DNA from: Kiritimatiellia bacterium | GTDB lineage: Bacteria > Verrucomicrobiota > Kiritimatiellia > CAIQIC01 > Lenti-01 | DNA: 64,000 nt | Assembly (NCBI GenBank): GCA_017527155.1 | Contig: JAFXQI010000026.1 | Span: 883-64,882 of the forward strand | Direction: 5' to 3' | In this document: piece by piece, positions 40,071 to 48,568 of the stretch | How positions within the stretch are numbered: the stretch's first letter is position 1 | How the letters are laid out: each line of letters begins with the position of its first letter | Notes under the pieces: generated by a model | What the model was told of the DNA's origin: nothing | Databases searched by the model: none | The model's input: only the letters and a program-made list of their open reading frames with translations | Made by a program: the position numbers and the translations under genes

Positions 40071-40179
40071 GGGCTTCGTGCTTTGCACATTCGCCCTTGC
40101 GGGGGGAGGGGGAAAATGGGTAGGATGGGGGGTCTCCGCGCAATGCGGGGGTAGTGTCTCCAAGGAAAGGATGTCATCC

Positions 40180-43100
40180 ATGTTCAGCAAAATCTTCATC
40201 GACCGGCCGAGGCTCGCGTTCGTGTGTTCGATCGTGCTCATGCTCGCGGGGGCCATCTGCGTGACGAAGCTGCCCGTGGAGGAGTACCCCGACATCGCGC
40301 CGCCCCAGATCTACGTGATGTGCAACTACCCCGGCGCCACTTCCCAGACGGTCCTCGACACGGTCGGCACCGCCATCGAGTCGCAGATCAACGGCGTCGA
40401 CGGCCTGCTCTACTACTCCGCCAACGCCGAGGACAACGGCAATTTCTTCGCCCAGGTCGATTTCCAGCCCGGCACCGACACCGACATCGCGATGGTCAAC
40501 GTCCAGAACGCCGTCAAGCGCGCCGAGCCCTCCCTCCCCGAGGAGGTCACCCGCCAGGGCGTCAACGTCAACAAGCGCTCCAGCGACATCCTCTGCGTGT
40601 ACGCGTTCATGACCGACGGCTCGCACATGAGCTCGATGGAGCTGAACAACTACGTCTCGAAGAACATCGCCGACGCGCTCTCCCGCGTCGACGGCGTCGG
40701 CTCCGTCACCGCCATGGGCGACACCTACGCGATGCGCATCTGGCTCGACCCCGTCCGCATGGACGGCCTCGGGGTCACCGTCGCCGAGGTCAACGCCGCG
40801 GTCTCCTCGCAGAACCTGCAGGCGACGGCCGGCAGCGTCGGCGGCGAGCGCGCGAACCCCTACGTGCAGTACCGCATCAGCACGATGGGCCGCCTGCAGA
40901 CGCCGGAGCAGTTCGAGGACATCGTGGTCCGCACGGGCGCGGACGGCAGCGTGCTGCGCATCCGGGACATCGGCCGCGCGGAGCTGGGGGCGCAGATGAC
41001 GTCGTTCATCGGCGAGTACAACGGCCGCAACGCGGTGGCGCTGATGGCCTACCGCGACACCGGCGCCAACGCCGTCGGCACCATCGCCCGCGTCAAGGCG
41101 GAGCTGGAAAGCTGGCGGGAGCGCCTGCCGGAGGGCGTCGATTTCCAGATCACCTACGACCCGTCGGAGTCGGTGGTGGTCTCGCTCAAGGAGACGGCCT
41201 TCACGCTGGTGCTGACGCTGCTGCTGGTGATCCTCATCACATACCTCTTCCTCCAGGACTGGCGCGCGACGATCGTGCCGGCGGTGGCGATCCCCGTCTC
41301 GCTGCTGGGCGCGTTCCCGTTCGTGTACGCGCTGGGGTTCTCGCTGAACACGCTGACGCTCTTCGGCCTGGTGCTGGTGATCGGGTCGCTGGTGGACGAC
41401 GCGATCGTCGTCGTCGAGAACTGCCAGTCCCTCATGCAGCGCGAAAAGCTCTCCGCCCGCGCCGCCGCCATCAAGTGCATGGAGCAGATCACCGGCGCCA
41501 TCATCGCGACGACCCTCGTCACCGTCGCCTGCTACGTCCCGCTCGCGTTCTACGGCGGCATGGTCGGTACCATCTACGTGCAGTTCGCCGTGACGATGTG
41601 CGTGTCGCTCTGCATCTCGACCTTCGTGGCCATGACCCTCTCGCCGGCCCTCTGCTCCCTCGTGCTGCGGCCGCCGCGCGAGAAGCCCGCGAAGATCTTC
41701 GCCCCCTTCAACCTCCTCGTGGACGGCTCGCGCAAGTTCAGCAACCTGTTCGTCGGGTTCCTCGTGCGGCGGAGCGTGTTCGCGGTCGCGATCCTGGCGC
41801 TCTTCGTCGCGGGCATCTGGGGCGTGTCCAAGCTCGTCCCCGGCTCCTTCCTGCCCGAAGAAGACAAGGGCATCGTCTTCTGCGACATCGGCCTGCCCGA
41901 AGGCGCCTCCCTCGAGCGCACCATGGACTCCGTCCGCGCCTTCCGCGACAAGACCGCCATGGTCCCCGAAGTCGACCGCACCATGGCCATCGCCGGCTTC
42001 GGCATGATCAACGGCGCCGGCGAATCCTCCGGCATGCTCATGGCCGGCCTCAAGCACTGGGACGACCGCGCCGGCAAGGGCCAGGACGCCGCCTCCCTCA
42101 AGAACAAACTCATGGGCCTGGGCATGACCCCCATCGGCTCCGACCCCGACTCCCTGGCGGCGCAGACCGACGCGCGCGTCATCTGCTTCACCCCGCCCGC
42201 CATCCAGGGGCTGGGCATGACCGGCGGCCTCTCCCTCTACCTCGCGAGCGACGGCTCCCTCAGCTCCTCCGAACTCGCCGCGGCCGCCGACAAACTCGCC
42301 GTCGACATCCAGCAGCTCACCGATTCCAAGGGCCGCAAGCTCGCCGCCTCCGCCAACAACTCCTTCGTCGCCAACACCCCCAAACTCTACCTCGACGTCG
42401 ACCGCGAAAAAGCCATCTCCCTCGGCATCAACATCTCCCAGCTCTTCTTCACCCTCCAGTCCCAGCTCGCCAGCTACTACATCAACGACTTCAACATGAT
42501 GGGCGAAGCCTTCTACGTCAAGATGCAGTCCGAGCAATCCTCCCGCACCAGCGAAGAATCCGTCCTCGCCCTCCAGATCCCCACCTCCTCCGGCGGCAGC
42601 GTCCCCCTCTCCACCATCGCCACCCTGCGGCACGAAAAGAGCTCCCGCGTCCTCCAGCGCTACAACAAGATGAACGCCGCCAAACTCACCGCCCAGTGCG
42701 CCCCCGGCGTCCCCACCAAGACCCTCATGGACGCCATCGAAACCATCCCCCTCCCCAAAGGCTGCTCCATCGAATGGACCGACATGTCCTTCCAGGAAAA
42801 ACAGAACCAGGGCCAGATCGTCTCCCTCATGGCCCTCGCCCTTTTGTTCGCCTTCCTCTTCCTCGTCGCCCAGTACGAGAGCTGGTCCATCCCCGTCCCC
42901 GTCATGCTCACCGTCGCCACCGCCACCTTCGGCGCCATGCTCGGCATCTGGGCGTGCAGCGGCAGCTGGGGCCTCGCCCACGGATTCGGCAGCGCCGGGT
43001 CCCTCTCCATCTACGCCCAGCTCGGCCTCGTCATGCTCATCGGCCTCTCCGCCAAGAACGCCATCCTCATGGTCGAATTCTCCAAACAGGAACGCGAAGC

Positions 43101-44763
43101 CGGCCAGCCCATCCCCGAAGCCGCCCGCAACGGCTTCAACATGCGCTACCGCGCCGTCCTCATGACCGCCTGGAGCTTCATCTTCGGCGTCATTCCCCTC
43201 GTCTTCGCCTCCGGCGCCGGTTGCAACAGCCGAATCGCCATCGGCGTCACCACCTGCACCGGGATGCTCATGGCCACCTTCGTCGGCATCCTCCTGACCC
43301 CCGGCCTGTACGCCTTCTTCCAGACCCTCCGCGAAGGCGTCAAACACCTCATCCACATGAAAACCTCCGTCGAGATCGCCGCCGAACACCGCGCCGAAGA
43401 AGCCGCCCGCGCCAAAGCCCGCGCCGCCGCCAAGACCCTCGCCCTCCTGCTGATTGCCGGCATCACCGCCATCCTCGCCACCGGCTGCGGAACCATCCGC
43501 ATGGCCCGCGACGCCCAGGCCACCGACACCGAACGCACCCTCCGCTGGACCGAGACCCCCTTCGCCGAACAAACCCCCATCCCCGTCGAAGCCCTCGCCC
43601 AGTGGGCCCGCACCAACGTCCCCGCCGTCGTCCAGGCCCGCGAAGACGTCGTGCAGGCCCAGATCGCCCTCCGCTCCATCAAAGCCTCTTATATCCCTGT
43701 CATCGACGGAAGCATCGCTTATACCTATGCTTCCGCCAACATCGACCCCCACGACACCTCTTGGGACGGCGACGGCATCTGGGACGGCAAACTCACCCTC
43801 AACTGGCTCCTCTTCGACTTCGGCCGCACCCCGGCCGCCACCCGGCAAGCCGTCGCCCGCCTCGCCGCCGCCGACCAGGCCGCGCGCGCCGCCGAACAGA
43901 CCGCCGCCTACAACGTCCGCGCCGCCTGCTTCGAACTCCTGCGCAAGACCGAACTCCACGCCGTCGCCCAGGCCAACGCCGCCGCCTACAAAGACCACCT
44001 CGAACAGACCCAGCACCGCTACGACGTCGGCGCCGTCACCAGCTACGAAGTCTCCAAGGCCCGCGTCGATTCCGAGAACGCCCGCCTCGCCGAAATCGTC
44101 GCCGCACACGGCGTCCAGACCGCCCGCGCCGGCCTCGCCCTCGCCCTCGGCCTCGCCGAAAACCCCGACATCGACCTCCAGCCCCTCGAAACCGCCCCCG
44201 ACACCCGCACCCTCGACGACCTCTGGGCCATCGCCCAGACCAACGCCCCATCCCTCGCCGCCCTGCGCGCCGCCGCCGACGCCGCCAAAAACTACGTCGA
44301 CTGGACCATCTGCGACCTCTACCCCAAACTCTCCCTCACCCTCACCTTCGACGCCCAAGGCGACAGCACCCCGCTTTTGTGGAACTACGCCGCCGTCCCC
44401 GCCGCCGCCCAGACCCTCTTCGCCGGCCGCGCCAAGACCCGCCAGATCGAGACCGCCGTCTCCCAACTCCGCGCCGCCCGCAGCAAACTCGCCGCCGCCG
44501 AACAGACTCTCTACAACACCCTCCTGAACGCCACCCTTTCCGCCCAAAGCGCCCAGGACGCCCTCGACGTCGCCCAAAGCGCCGCCGCCGCCGCCCAGGA
44601 AAACTTCGACATCGTCTCCAGCCGCTACGATGTCGGCAAAGCCTCCGTCCTCGAACGCACCGACGCCCAAGTCGCCCTCTCCCGCGCCCAAGCCGAAGTC
44701 GTCACCGCCCGCTACAACCTCCTCGACACCCGCATCCTCATCACCCGCCTCATCGGCGAGTGA
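40180..44763 (+). CDS. RND (AcrB-type) transporter continuous in frame with TolC/OprM-type outer-membrane factor
   Basis: AAGGAAAGG RBS then ATG 40180. MFSKIFIDRPRLAFV... 12-TM RND. No stop occurs before the OMF segment (lipobox-like LATGC plus TolC-type repeats), so the ORF is 1527 codons. The track start 39982 lies inside the 8-nt repeats. Confidence 0.85.
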   Translation: MFSKIFIDRPRLAFVCSIVLMLAGAICVTKLPVEEYPDIAPPQIYVMCNYPGATSQTVLDTVGTAIESQINGVDGLLYYSANAEDNGNFFAQVDFQPGTDTDIAMVNVQNAVKRAEPSLPEEVTRQGVNVNKRSSDILCVYAFMTDGSHMSSMELNNYVSKNIADALSRVDGVGSVTAMGDTYAMRIWLDPVRMDGLGVTVAEVNAAVSSQNLQATAGSVGGERANPYVQYRISTMGRLQTPEQFEDIVVRTGADGSVLRIRDIGRAELGAQMTSFIGEYNGRNAVALMAYRDTGANAVGTIARVKAELESWRERLPEGVDFQITYDPSESVVVSLKETAFTLVLTLLLVILITYLFLQDWRATIVPAVAIPVSLLGAFPFVYALGFSLNTLTLFGLVLVIGSLVDDAIVVVENCQSLMQREKLSARAAAIKCMEQITGAIIATTLVTVACYVPLAFYGGMVGTIYVQFAVTMCVSLCISTFVAMTLSPALCSLVLRPPREKPAKIFAPFNLLVDGSRKFSNLFVGFLVRRSVFAVAILALFVAGIWGVSKLVPGSFLPEEDKGIVFCDIGLPEGASLERTMDSVRAFRDKTAMVPEVDRTMAIAGFGMINGAGESSGMLMAGLKHWDDRAGKGQDAASLKNKLMGLGMTPIGSDPDSLAAQTDARVICFTPPAIQGLGMTGGLSLYLASDGSLSSSELAAAADKLAVDIQQLTDSKGRKLAASANNSFVANTPKLYLDVDREKAISLGINISQLFFTLQSQLASYYINDFNMMGEAFYVKMQSEQSSRTSEESVLALQIPTSSGGSVPLSTIATLRHEKSSRVLQRYNKMNAAKLTAQCAPGVPTKTLMDAIETIPLPKGCSIEWTDMSFQEKQNQGQIVSLMALALLFAFLFLVAQYESWSIPVPVMLTVATATFGAMLGIWACSGSWGLAHGFGSAGSLSIYAQLGLVMLIGLSAKNAILMVEFSKQEREAGQPIPEAARNGFNMRYRAVLMTAWSFIFGVIPLVFASGAGCNSRIAIGVTTCTGMLMATFVGILLTPGLYAFFQTLREGVKHLIHMKTSVEIAAEHRAEEAARAKARAAAKTLALLLIAGITAILATGCGTIRMARDAQATDTERTLRWTETPFAEQTPIPVEALAQWARTNVPAVVQAREDVVQAQIALRSIKASYIPVIDGSIAYTYASANIDPHDTSWDGDGIWDGKLTLNWLLFDFGRTPAATRQAVARLAAADQAARAAEQTAAYNVRAACFELLRKTELHAVAQANAAAYKDHLEQTQHRYDVGAVTSYEVSKARVDSENARLAEIVAAHGVQTARAGLALALGLAENPDIDLQPLETAPDTRTLDDLWAIAQTNAPSLAALRAAADAAKNYVDWTICDLYPKLSLTLTFDAQGDSTPLLWNYAAVPAAAQTLFAGRAKTRQIETAVSQLRAARSKLAAAEQTLYNTLLNATLSAQSAQDALDVAQSAAAAAQENFDIVSSRYDVGKASVLERTDAQVALSRAQAEVVTARYNLLDTRILITRLIGE
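43357..44763 (+). CDS. alternative reading: OMF lipoprotein initiated at internal in-frame ATG
   Basis: MKTSVEIAAEHRAEEAARAKARAAAKTLALLLIAGITAILATGC then a TolC family body. No SD-like sequence within 15 nt upstream of ATG 43357. Confidence 0.4.
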   Translation: MKTSVEIAAEHRAEEAARAKARAAAKTLALLLIAGITAILATGCGTIRMARDAQATDTERTLRWTETPFAEQTPIPVEALAQWARTNVPAVVQAREDVVQAQIALRSIKASYIPVIDGSIAYTYASANIDPHDTSWDGDGIWDGKLTLNWLLFDFGRTPAATRQAVARLAAADQAARAAEQTAAYNVRAACFELLRKTELHAVAQANAAAYKDHLEQTQHRYDVGAVTSYEVSKARVDSENARLAEIVAAHGVQTARAGLALALGLAENPDIDLQPLETAPDTRTLDDLWAIAQTNAPSLAALRAAADAAKNYVDWTICDLYPKLSLTLTFDAQGDSTPLLWNYAAVPAAAQTLFAGRAKTRQIETAVSQLRAARSKLAAAEQTLYNTLLNATLSAQSAQDALDVAQSAAAAAQENFDIVSSRYDVGKASVLERTDAQVALSRAQAEVVTARYNLLDTRILITRLIGE

Positions 44764-45386
44764 CCCCTCCCATCTACCAAGGCACCGTCCTCTTCTGCCG
44801 CCGCTTCCTGCCGGTGCGCGGGGACCGCACCGTCGACCAGATGACGCAGGCCGCCCGCAGCTGCAAACAGAACATCGCCAAAGGCAGCGCCGCCTCGGGC
44901 ACCTCCCGCGAAACCGAGATCAAGCTCACCAACGTCGCCCGTGCCACCCTCGACGAACTCATGGAAGACTACCTCGACTGGCTCAAGGCCCACGGCGCCG
45001 CCGAGTGGCCCGCCGACGATCCCCGCCGCCTGGCCGCCCGCGACTTCGCCCGGAAGCACGCCGATTGGGAAGACTGGCTCCCCATCTTCGAGACCCGCCC
45101 CGCCGAAACCGCCGCGAACCTCATGCTGACCCTCTGCCACCAGACCCGCTACATCCTCGACAAGATGCTCGCCTCCCAGGAAGAAGACTTCCGCCTCCAC
45201 GGCGGCGTCCGCGAGCGCATGCACGCCGCCCGCACCGCCACCCGCTCCGCCGACTGGGACAAAGCCCTCCACTCCCGCCTCTCCACCGCCGCCACCCCCG
45301 CAGCCCTCTCCGCCCTTGCCCGCAAGATCAAGCAAGCGGTGGACCGCTCCGTCGAAAGCATCCGCCGCCGCAACGGCTGGGGCTGA
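44760..45386 (+). CDS. four-helix-bundle suffix-domain protein (23S rRNA IVS protein-related)
   Basis: YQGTVLFCRRFLPVRGDRTVDQMTQAARSCKQNIAKGSAASGTSRETEIKLTNVARATLDELMEDY. GTG 44760 overlaps the pump stop (GTGA). It is the terminal part of a long alternate-frame ORF. Confidence 0.7.
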   Translation: MTPPIYQGTVLFCRRFLPVRGDRTVDQMTQAARSCKQNIAKGSAASGTSRETEIKLTNVARATLDELMEDYLDWLKAHGAAEWPADDPRRLAARDFARKHADWEDWLPIFETRPAETAANLMLTLCHQTRYILDKMLASQEEDFRLHGGVRERMHAARTATRSADWDKALHSRLSTAATPAALSALARKIKQAVDRSVESIRRRNGWG

Positions 45387-45387
45387 C

Positions 45388-45466
45388 GGGACATCCGGGA
45401 CCACCGGGACCACCGGGACTGGAGCGCCCTCGTCCCGGTTGTCCCGTCCGTCCCGGTGGTCCCGTC
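45388..45466. repeat. hairpin with 9-nt micro-tandem arms
   Basis: GGGACATCC GGGACCACC GGGACCACC GGGAC, loop, GTCCCGGTT GTCCCGTCC GTCCCGGTG GTCCCGTC. Starts 2 nt after the preceding stop. Confidence 0.8.
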
Positions 45467-45547
45467 AGCCTCCCCTCCCCGCTTTGGGGTTGAACGCGGC
45501 CGCGCGGCGGTGTAGAAAGAAACGGCTACGGAAAAGGAAACGGCAAC

Positions 45548-47290
45548 ATGGCGGAAGACAAAGGCAAAACCAAAATCCTGGTCCTCGACGACGAGCGCCT
45601 CATCCGGCTCACCATCGCCGCCAAGCTCCGCCGCCTCGGTTACGAAGCCGTCGCCGTCGCCTCCGTCCCGGAAGCCATGGCCCTGCTCAAGCGCGACGAC
45701 TTCCGCCAGTTCCGCGCCATCATCACCGACATCGTGATGGAAGGCATGGACGGGTTCGTCTTCCGCGACATCGTCCGCGGCCTCGACGCGACGATCCCCA
45801 TGTTCTTCATGACCGCGCTCGACCCGGAGGAGGGCGGCGGCTTCCTCAAGCGCATCCTGGAAGACGCCAACAGCCACTACCTGCCCAAGTCCGTCCGCGC
45901 GGAAGTCCTGCTCAAGCGCGTGGAAAGCATCGTGGGGTCGCGCCGGGTCGAACGCTTCATCGAGCGCCAGGCGGCGGAGGCGAAGCAGGCGCTCGCGCTG
46001 GCGGCGCAGGTGCAGCGCAGCATGCTGCCGGTCCGCGCGCTGATGCTGGAACACGGCTTCTACACGACCTGGTGGAAGCCTCAGGAGGAAGTCTCCGGCG
46101 ACCTCTACGAAGCAGTCCCCTTCGGCCACGGCTGCTGGCTGTTCGTGCTGGGCGACGTCCAGGGCCACGGCGTGAGCGCCGCGCTGGCCATGACCGCGGT
46201 CCAGTCCCAGCTCCGCCAGCTCGGCCACGACGACGGCGCCCCGCGCATGGGGCCGGCGGACGTCGCGAACCTCCTCCAGCGGTTCTTCCGCGAGAACCTC
46301 GCCGATGTCTCCTACATGACGGCCCTCATCTGCATCCACCGCCCGCTCGAAAGCACGGTCGAATGGATGAGCTGCGGCGCGCCCGACCTGGTGGTGCTCG
46401 ACCCCGCCCGCGGGGGGGCGGTCGACGTCAACCCGTCGCACCTGGGCGGCCTTCCGATCGGGCTGATGCCGGACACGGTCTACAGCCCCGAGGAAGTCGT
46501 CACCACCCCGCTCACGCCCACGGCCGTCTGCGTGGCCCACACCGACGGCGTGCTCGACATCGCGCGCGATCCCGAAGGCCTCGAACCGCTCCCCGACGAA
46601 GACCGCGAGCGCATCCGCGACGACCTCATCCTGGACGCCCGCCTCGACAGCTCCATCGTCGCCGCCCCCTACAAGTTCATGGCCGCCTGCGAAGACCTCG
46701 GCTACGCCCACTTCGGCGACGACGTCACCGAAGTCCTCTTCGGCGCCCGCCTCCACCGCGAAGGCGTGTTCGACGCCGCCGTCGCCGTCAACTCCGAGGA
46801 CATCGACCGCACCGCCCGCGAGATCGAGGCCTGGTGCACCGGTCGCGGATGGGACGCGATCCTCTCGACCCGCGTCCAGCTCGTCTTCGAGGAAAAGCTG
46901 ATGAACCTGCACGACCACGGCTTCGACTACCCCCAGCGCCTGCGCGAAGCCGTCTGCGTCCGCCTGCGCGAACGCGAACGCAACGGGCACCGCGAGGCCG
47001 AACTGACCGTATGGGACTGCGGGACGCCCGACCCGAGCCTCCTCGTCGCCGCCGGCAGCACCGACGTCGCCTTCGACCTGGCCAACCAGGTCTGGAGCGG
47101 GCGCGGGCGCGGGCGCCTGATGGTCCGGGAGCTGTGCACCGGCGTCGAGCGCAACCGCTACGGCGTGCTCAACGAAACCATCTACCACATCCCCTTCGAC
47201 CCCGACGACACCGACCCCAACGCCCCCGTCCCCGCCCCCGTCCCCCCCGCCCCCGAGCCCCCCGAAATCGACCCCCCGTCCAATCCCTGA
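45548..47290 (+). CDS. response-regulator receiver / PP2C (SpoIIE-type) phosphatase / RsbW-like ATPase-fold fusion protein
   Basis: REC: KILVLDDERL...IITDIVMEGMDG...LPKS. PP2C: EVSGDLYEA...FVLGDVQGHGVSAAL...HTDGV. C-terminal HATPase-like region; Pro-rich tail. Confidence 0.85.
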   Translation: MAEDKGKTKILVLDDERLIRLTIAAKLRRLGYEAVAVASVPEAMALLKRDDFRQFRAIITDIVMEGMDGFVFRDIVRGLDATIPMFFMTALDPEEGGGFLKRILEDANSHYLPKSVRAEVLLKRVESIVGSRRVERFIERQAAEAKQALALAAQVQRSMLPVRALMLEHGFYTTWWKPQEEVSGDLYEAVPFGHGCWLFVLGDVQGHGVSAALAMTAVQSQLRQLGHDDGAPRMGPADVANLLQRFFRENLADVSYMTALICIHRPLESTVEWMSCGAPDLVVLDPARGGAVDVNPSHLGGLPIGLMPDTVYSPEEVVTTPLTPTAVCVAHTDGVLDIARDPEGLEPLPDEDRERIRDDLILDARLDSSIVAAPYKFMAACEDLGYAHFGDDVTEVLFGARLHREGVFDAAVAVNSEDIDRTAREIEAWCTGRGWDAILSTRVQLVFEEKLMNLHDHGFDYPQRLREAVCVRLRERERNGHREAELTVWDCGTPDPSLLVAAGSTDVAFDLANQVWSGRGRGRLMVRELCTGVERNRYGVLNETIYHIPFDPDDTDPNAPVPAPVPPAPEPPEIDPPSNP

Positions 47291-47326
47291 TTCCACCAAC
47301 CGCCCACCACCGATAGGAGCCATCCG

Positions 47327-47635
47327 ATGAAACCCTGCTGCAAAGCCTTCCTCTCCGAGCAATTCGGCGGCGACGAAGACATCGTCGCCGAAATCTACGC
47401 CGAATACGTCACGTCCCTCCACGCCAAGGCCCAGGAAGCCGCCGACCGGCTGGCCGCCGCCGACTGGCAGCGCCTCGACGAAACCGCCCATGCCATCAAG
47501 GGCAACGCCCTCGTCGCCGGCGACACCGAGACCGCCGACGCCGCCATCGCCCTGCGCGGCGCCTCCAAGCTCGGCGACTCCGCCAAGGCCGGCGAACTCG
47601 TCGCCCGCATCCGCGAACTCGCCGCCCAGCTCTGA
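47327..47635 (+). CDS. HPt (histidine phosphotransfer) domain protein
   Basis: 102 aa, helical. ETAHAIKGNALVAGD is the H-x2-KG phosphohistidine motif. AGGAG RBS. Confidence 0.8.
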   Translation: MKPCCKAFLSEQFGGDEDIVAEIYAEYVTSLHAKAQEAADRLAAADWQRLDETAHAIKGNALVAGDTETADAAIALRGASKLGDSAKAGELVARIRELAAQL

Positions 47636-48564
47636 TGCCGCCGCACGCCTGGCAGGCACCCGACGCCGACCGCATCGTCGACGGCGCCATCGCCGGAATC
47701 CGTACCGATCTCGACCGCCTGGCCGTACCCGGGCTCGCCGGCGTCGTCCTCGGCGGCGGCTACGGCCGCGGCGAAGGCGGCGTCAAGCCCGACGGCACCC
47801 TTTCCAACGACCTCGACTTCTTCGCCATCGCCGCCGAGGGCGCCACCGACCGCGACGCCGCCCGCCTCGCACGCGCCCTGACCCCCCTCGCCGCCGACTG
47901 GACCGCCCGCCTCGGCATCGACGTCGACTTCACCGCCAAGACCCCCTTCCGCCTGCGCCACGACGCCGAGCGCCTGATGGTCCAGGAACTCCTCCGCGGC
48001 CACGTCGGCGTCTGGGGTGCGCCCGGCGCCGACCTCTTCGCCGGCATCCCCCTGCGCGACGCCGGCGAACTCCCCTGGACCGAAGCCGTACGCCTGCTCG
48101 CCAACCGCGGCATGGGGCTCCTCTTCGCGCGCGAAGCCGGCCGCGGCCCCGACTTCACCGCCCGCAACATCACGAAAGCCGTCCTCGGCGCCGGCGACGC
48201 CCGCCTCATCGCCCGCCACGACTACCGCTGGCGCGCCGGCGACCGCCGCGAAGCCCTTTCCGATTCCCTCTACGCCCGCGCCCTCGACTGGAAATTCCGC
48301 CCCGTCGCCGCTCCTCCCTGTCCTTGGGAGCAGGCCCGCGCCTGCTGGCTTTCCGCCGCCTCCGAAATCCGCGCCGCCGCCCGCCCCCGCCGCAGCCTCC
48401 GCGACCTCGCCCGCTGGCTCGCCCGCCGCCGCACCCCCGGCCCCCTCCGTACCCTCGCCCTCGATCCCGTCTTCCGCCTCTTCGACGAAATCGACGCCAT
48501 CCTCCAATCCCCATCCCCGAAAACCACCCCCTCCCTCCTCCGCGACTGGCAGACCTTCGGCTGA
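47635..48564 (+). CDS. Pol-beta-superfamily nucleotidyltransferase-fold protein with helical C-domain
   Basis: VVLGGGYGRGEGGVKPDGTLSNDLDFFAI fits G[GS]-x9-13-D-h-D-h. The ATG overlaps the HPt stop (TGATG). The function of the C-terminal helical half is unknown. Confidence 0.65.
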   Translation: MPPHAWQAPDADRIVDGAIAGIRTDLDRLAVPGLAGVVLGGGYGRGEGGVKPDGTLSNDLDFFAIAAEGATDRDAARLARALTPLAADWTARLGIDVDFTAKTPFRLRHDAERLMVQELLRGHVGVWGAPGADLFAGIPLRDAGELPWTEAVRLLANRGMGLLFAREAGRGPDFTARNITKAVLGAGDARLIARHDYRWRAGDRREALSDSLYARALDWKFRPVAAPPCPWEQARACWLSAASEIRAAARPRRSLRDLARWLARRRTPGPLRTLALDPVFRLFDEIDAILQSPSPKTTPSLLRDWQTFG

Positions 48565-48568
48565 GACG

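Larger units (their letters stand above)
33436..40179. other. accessory island inserted between MFP and RND genes
   Basis: Nuclease, TA module, opposite-strand lower-GC GrpB gene, duplicated membrane-protein genes and at least five repeat families lie between two genes that are normally adjacent. Confidence 0.6.

Noticed and set aside
39982-40179. N-terminal extension of the RND protein from the track start (MGRPSSFQPFHLSTFQLFNLSTFQPFNLS...)
   Set aside because: The extension is a translation of the 8-nt CTTTCAAC tandem repeat. The canonical RND N-terminus MFSKIFIDRP begins at ATG 40180 with a good RBS about 10 nt upstream.
33436-40179. Prophage, IS element, integron or ICE as the origin of the island
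   Set aside because: I found no integrase, transposase, recombinase, attC-like sites, phage structural genes or conjugation genes on either strand, and the nearest tRNA (32000-32076) is separated from the island by the intact adaptor gene. The origin remains open.
40174-45386. 1505-aa minus-strand and 1720-aa plus-strand alternate-frame ORFs across the pump gene
   Set aside because: They are out of frame with or antisense to the AcrB/TolC-type sequence. Only the last 208 codons of the 1720-aa ORF (44760-45386, four-helix-bundle protein) carry a recognisable family sequence.
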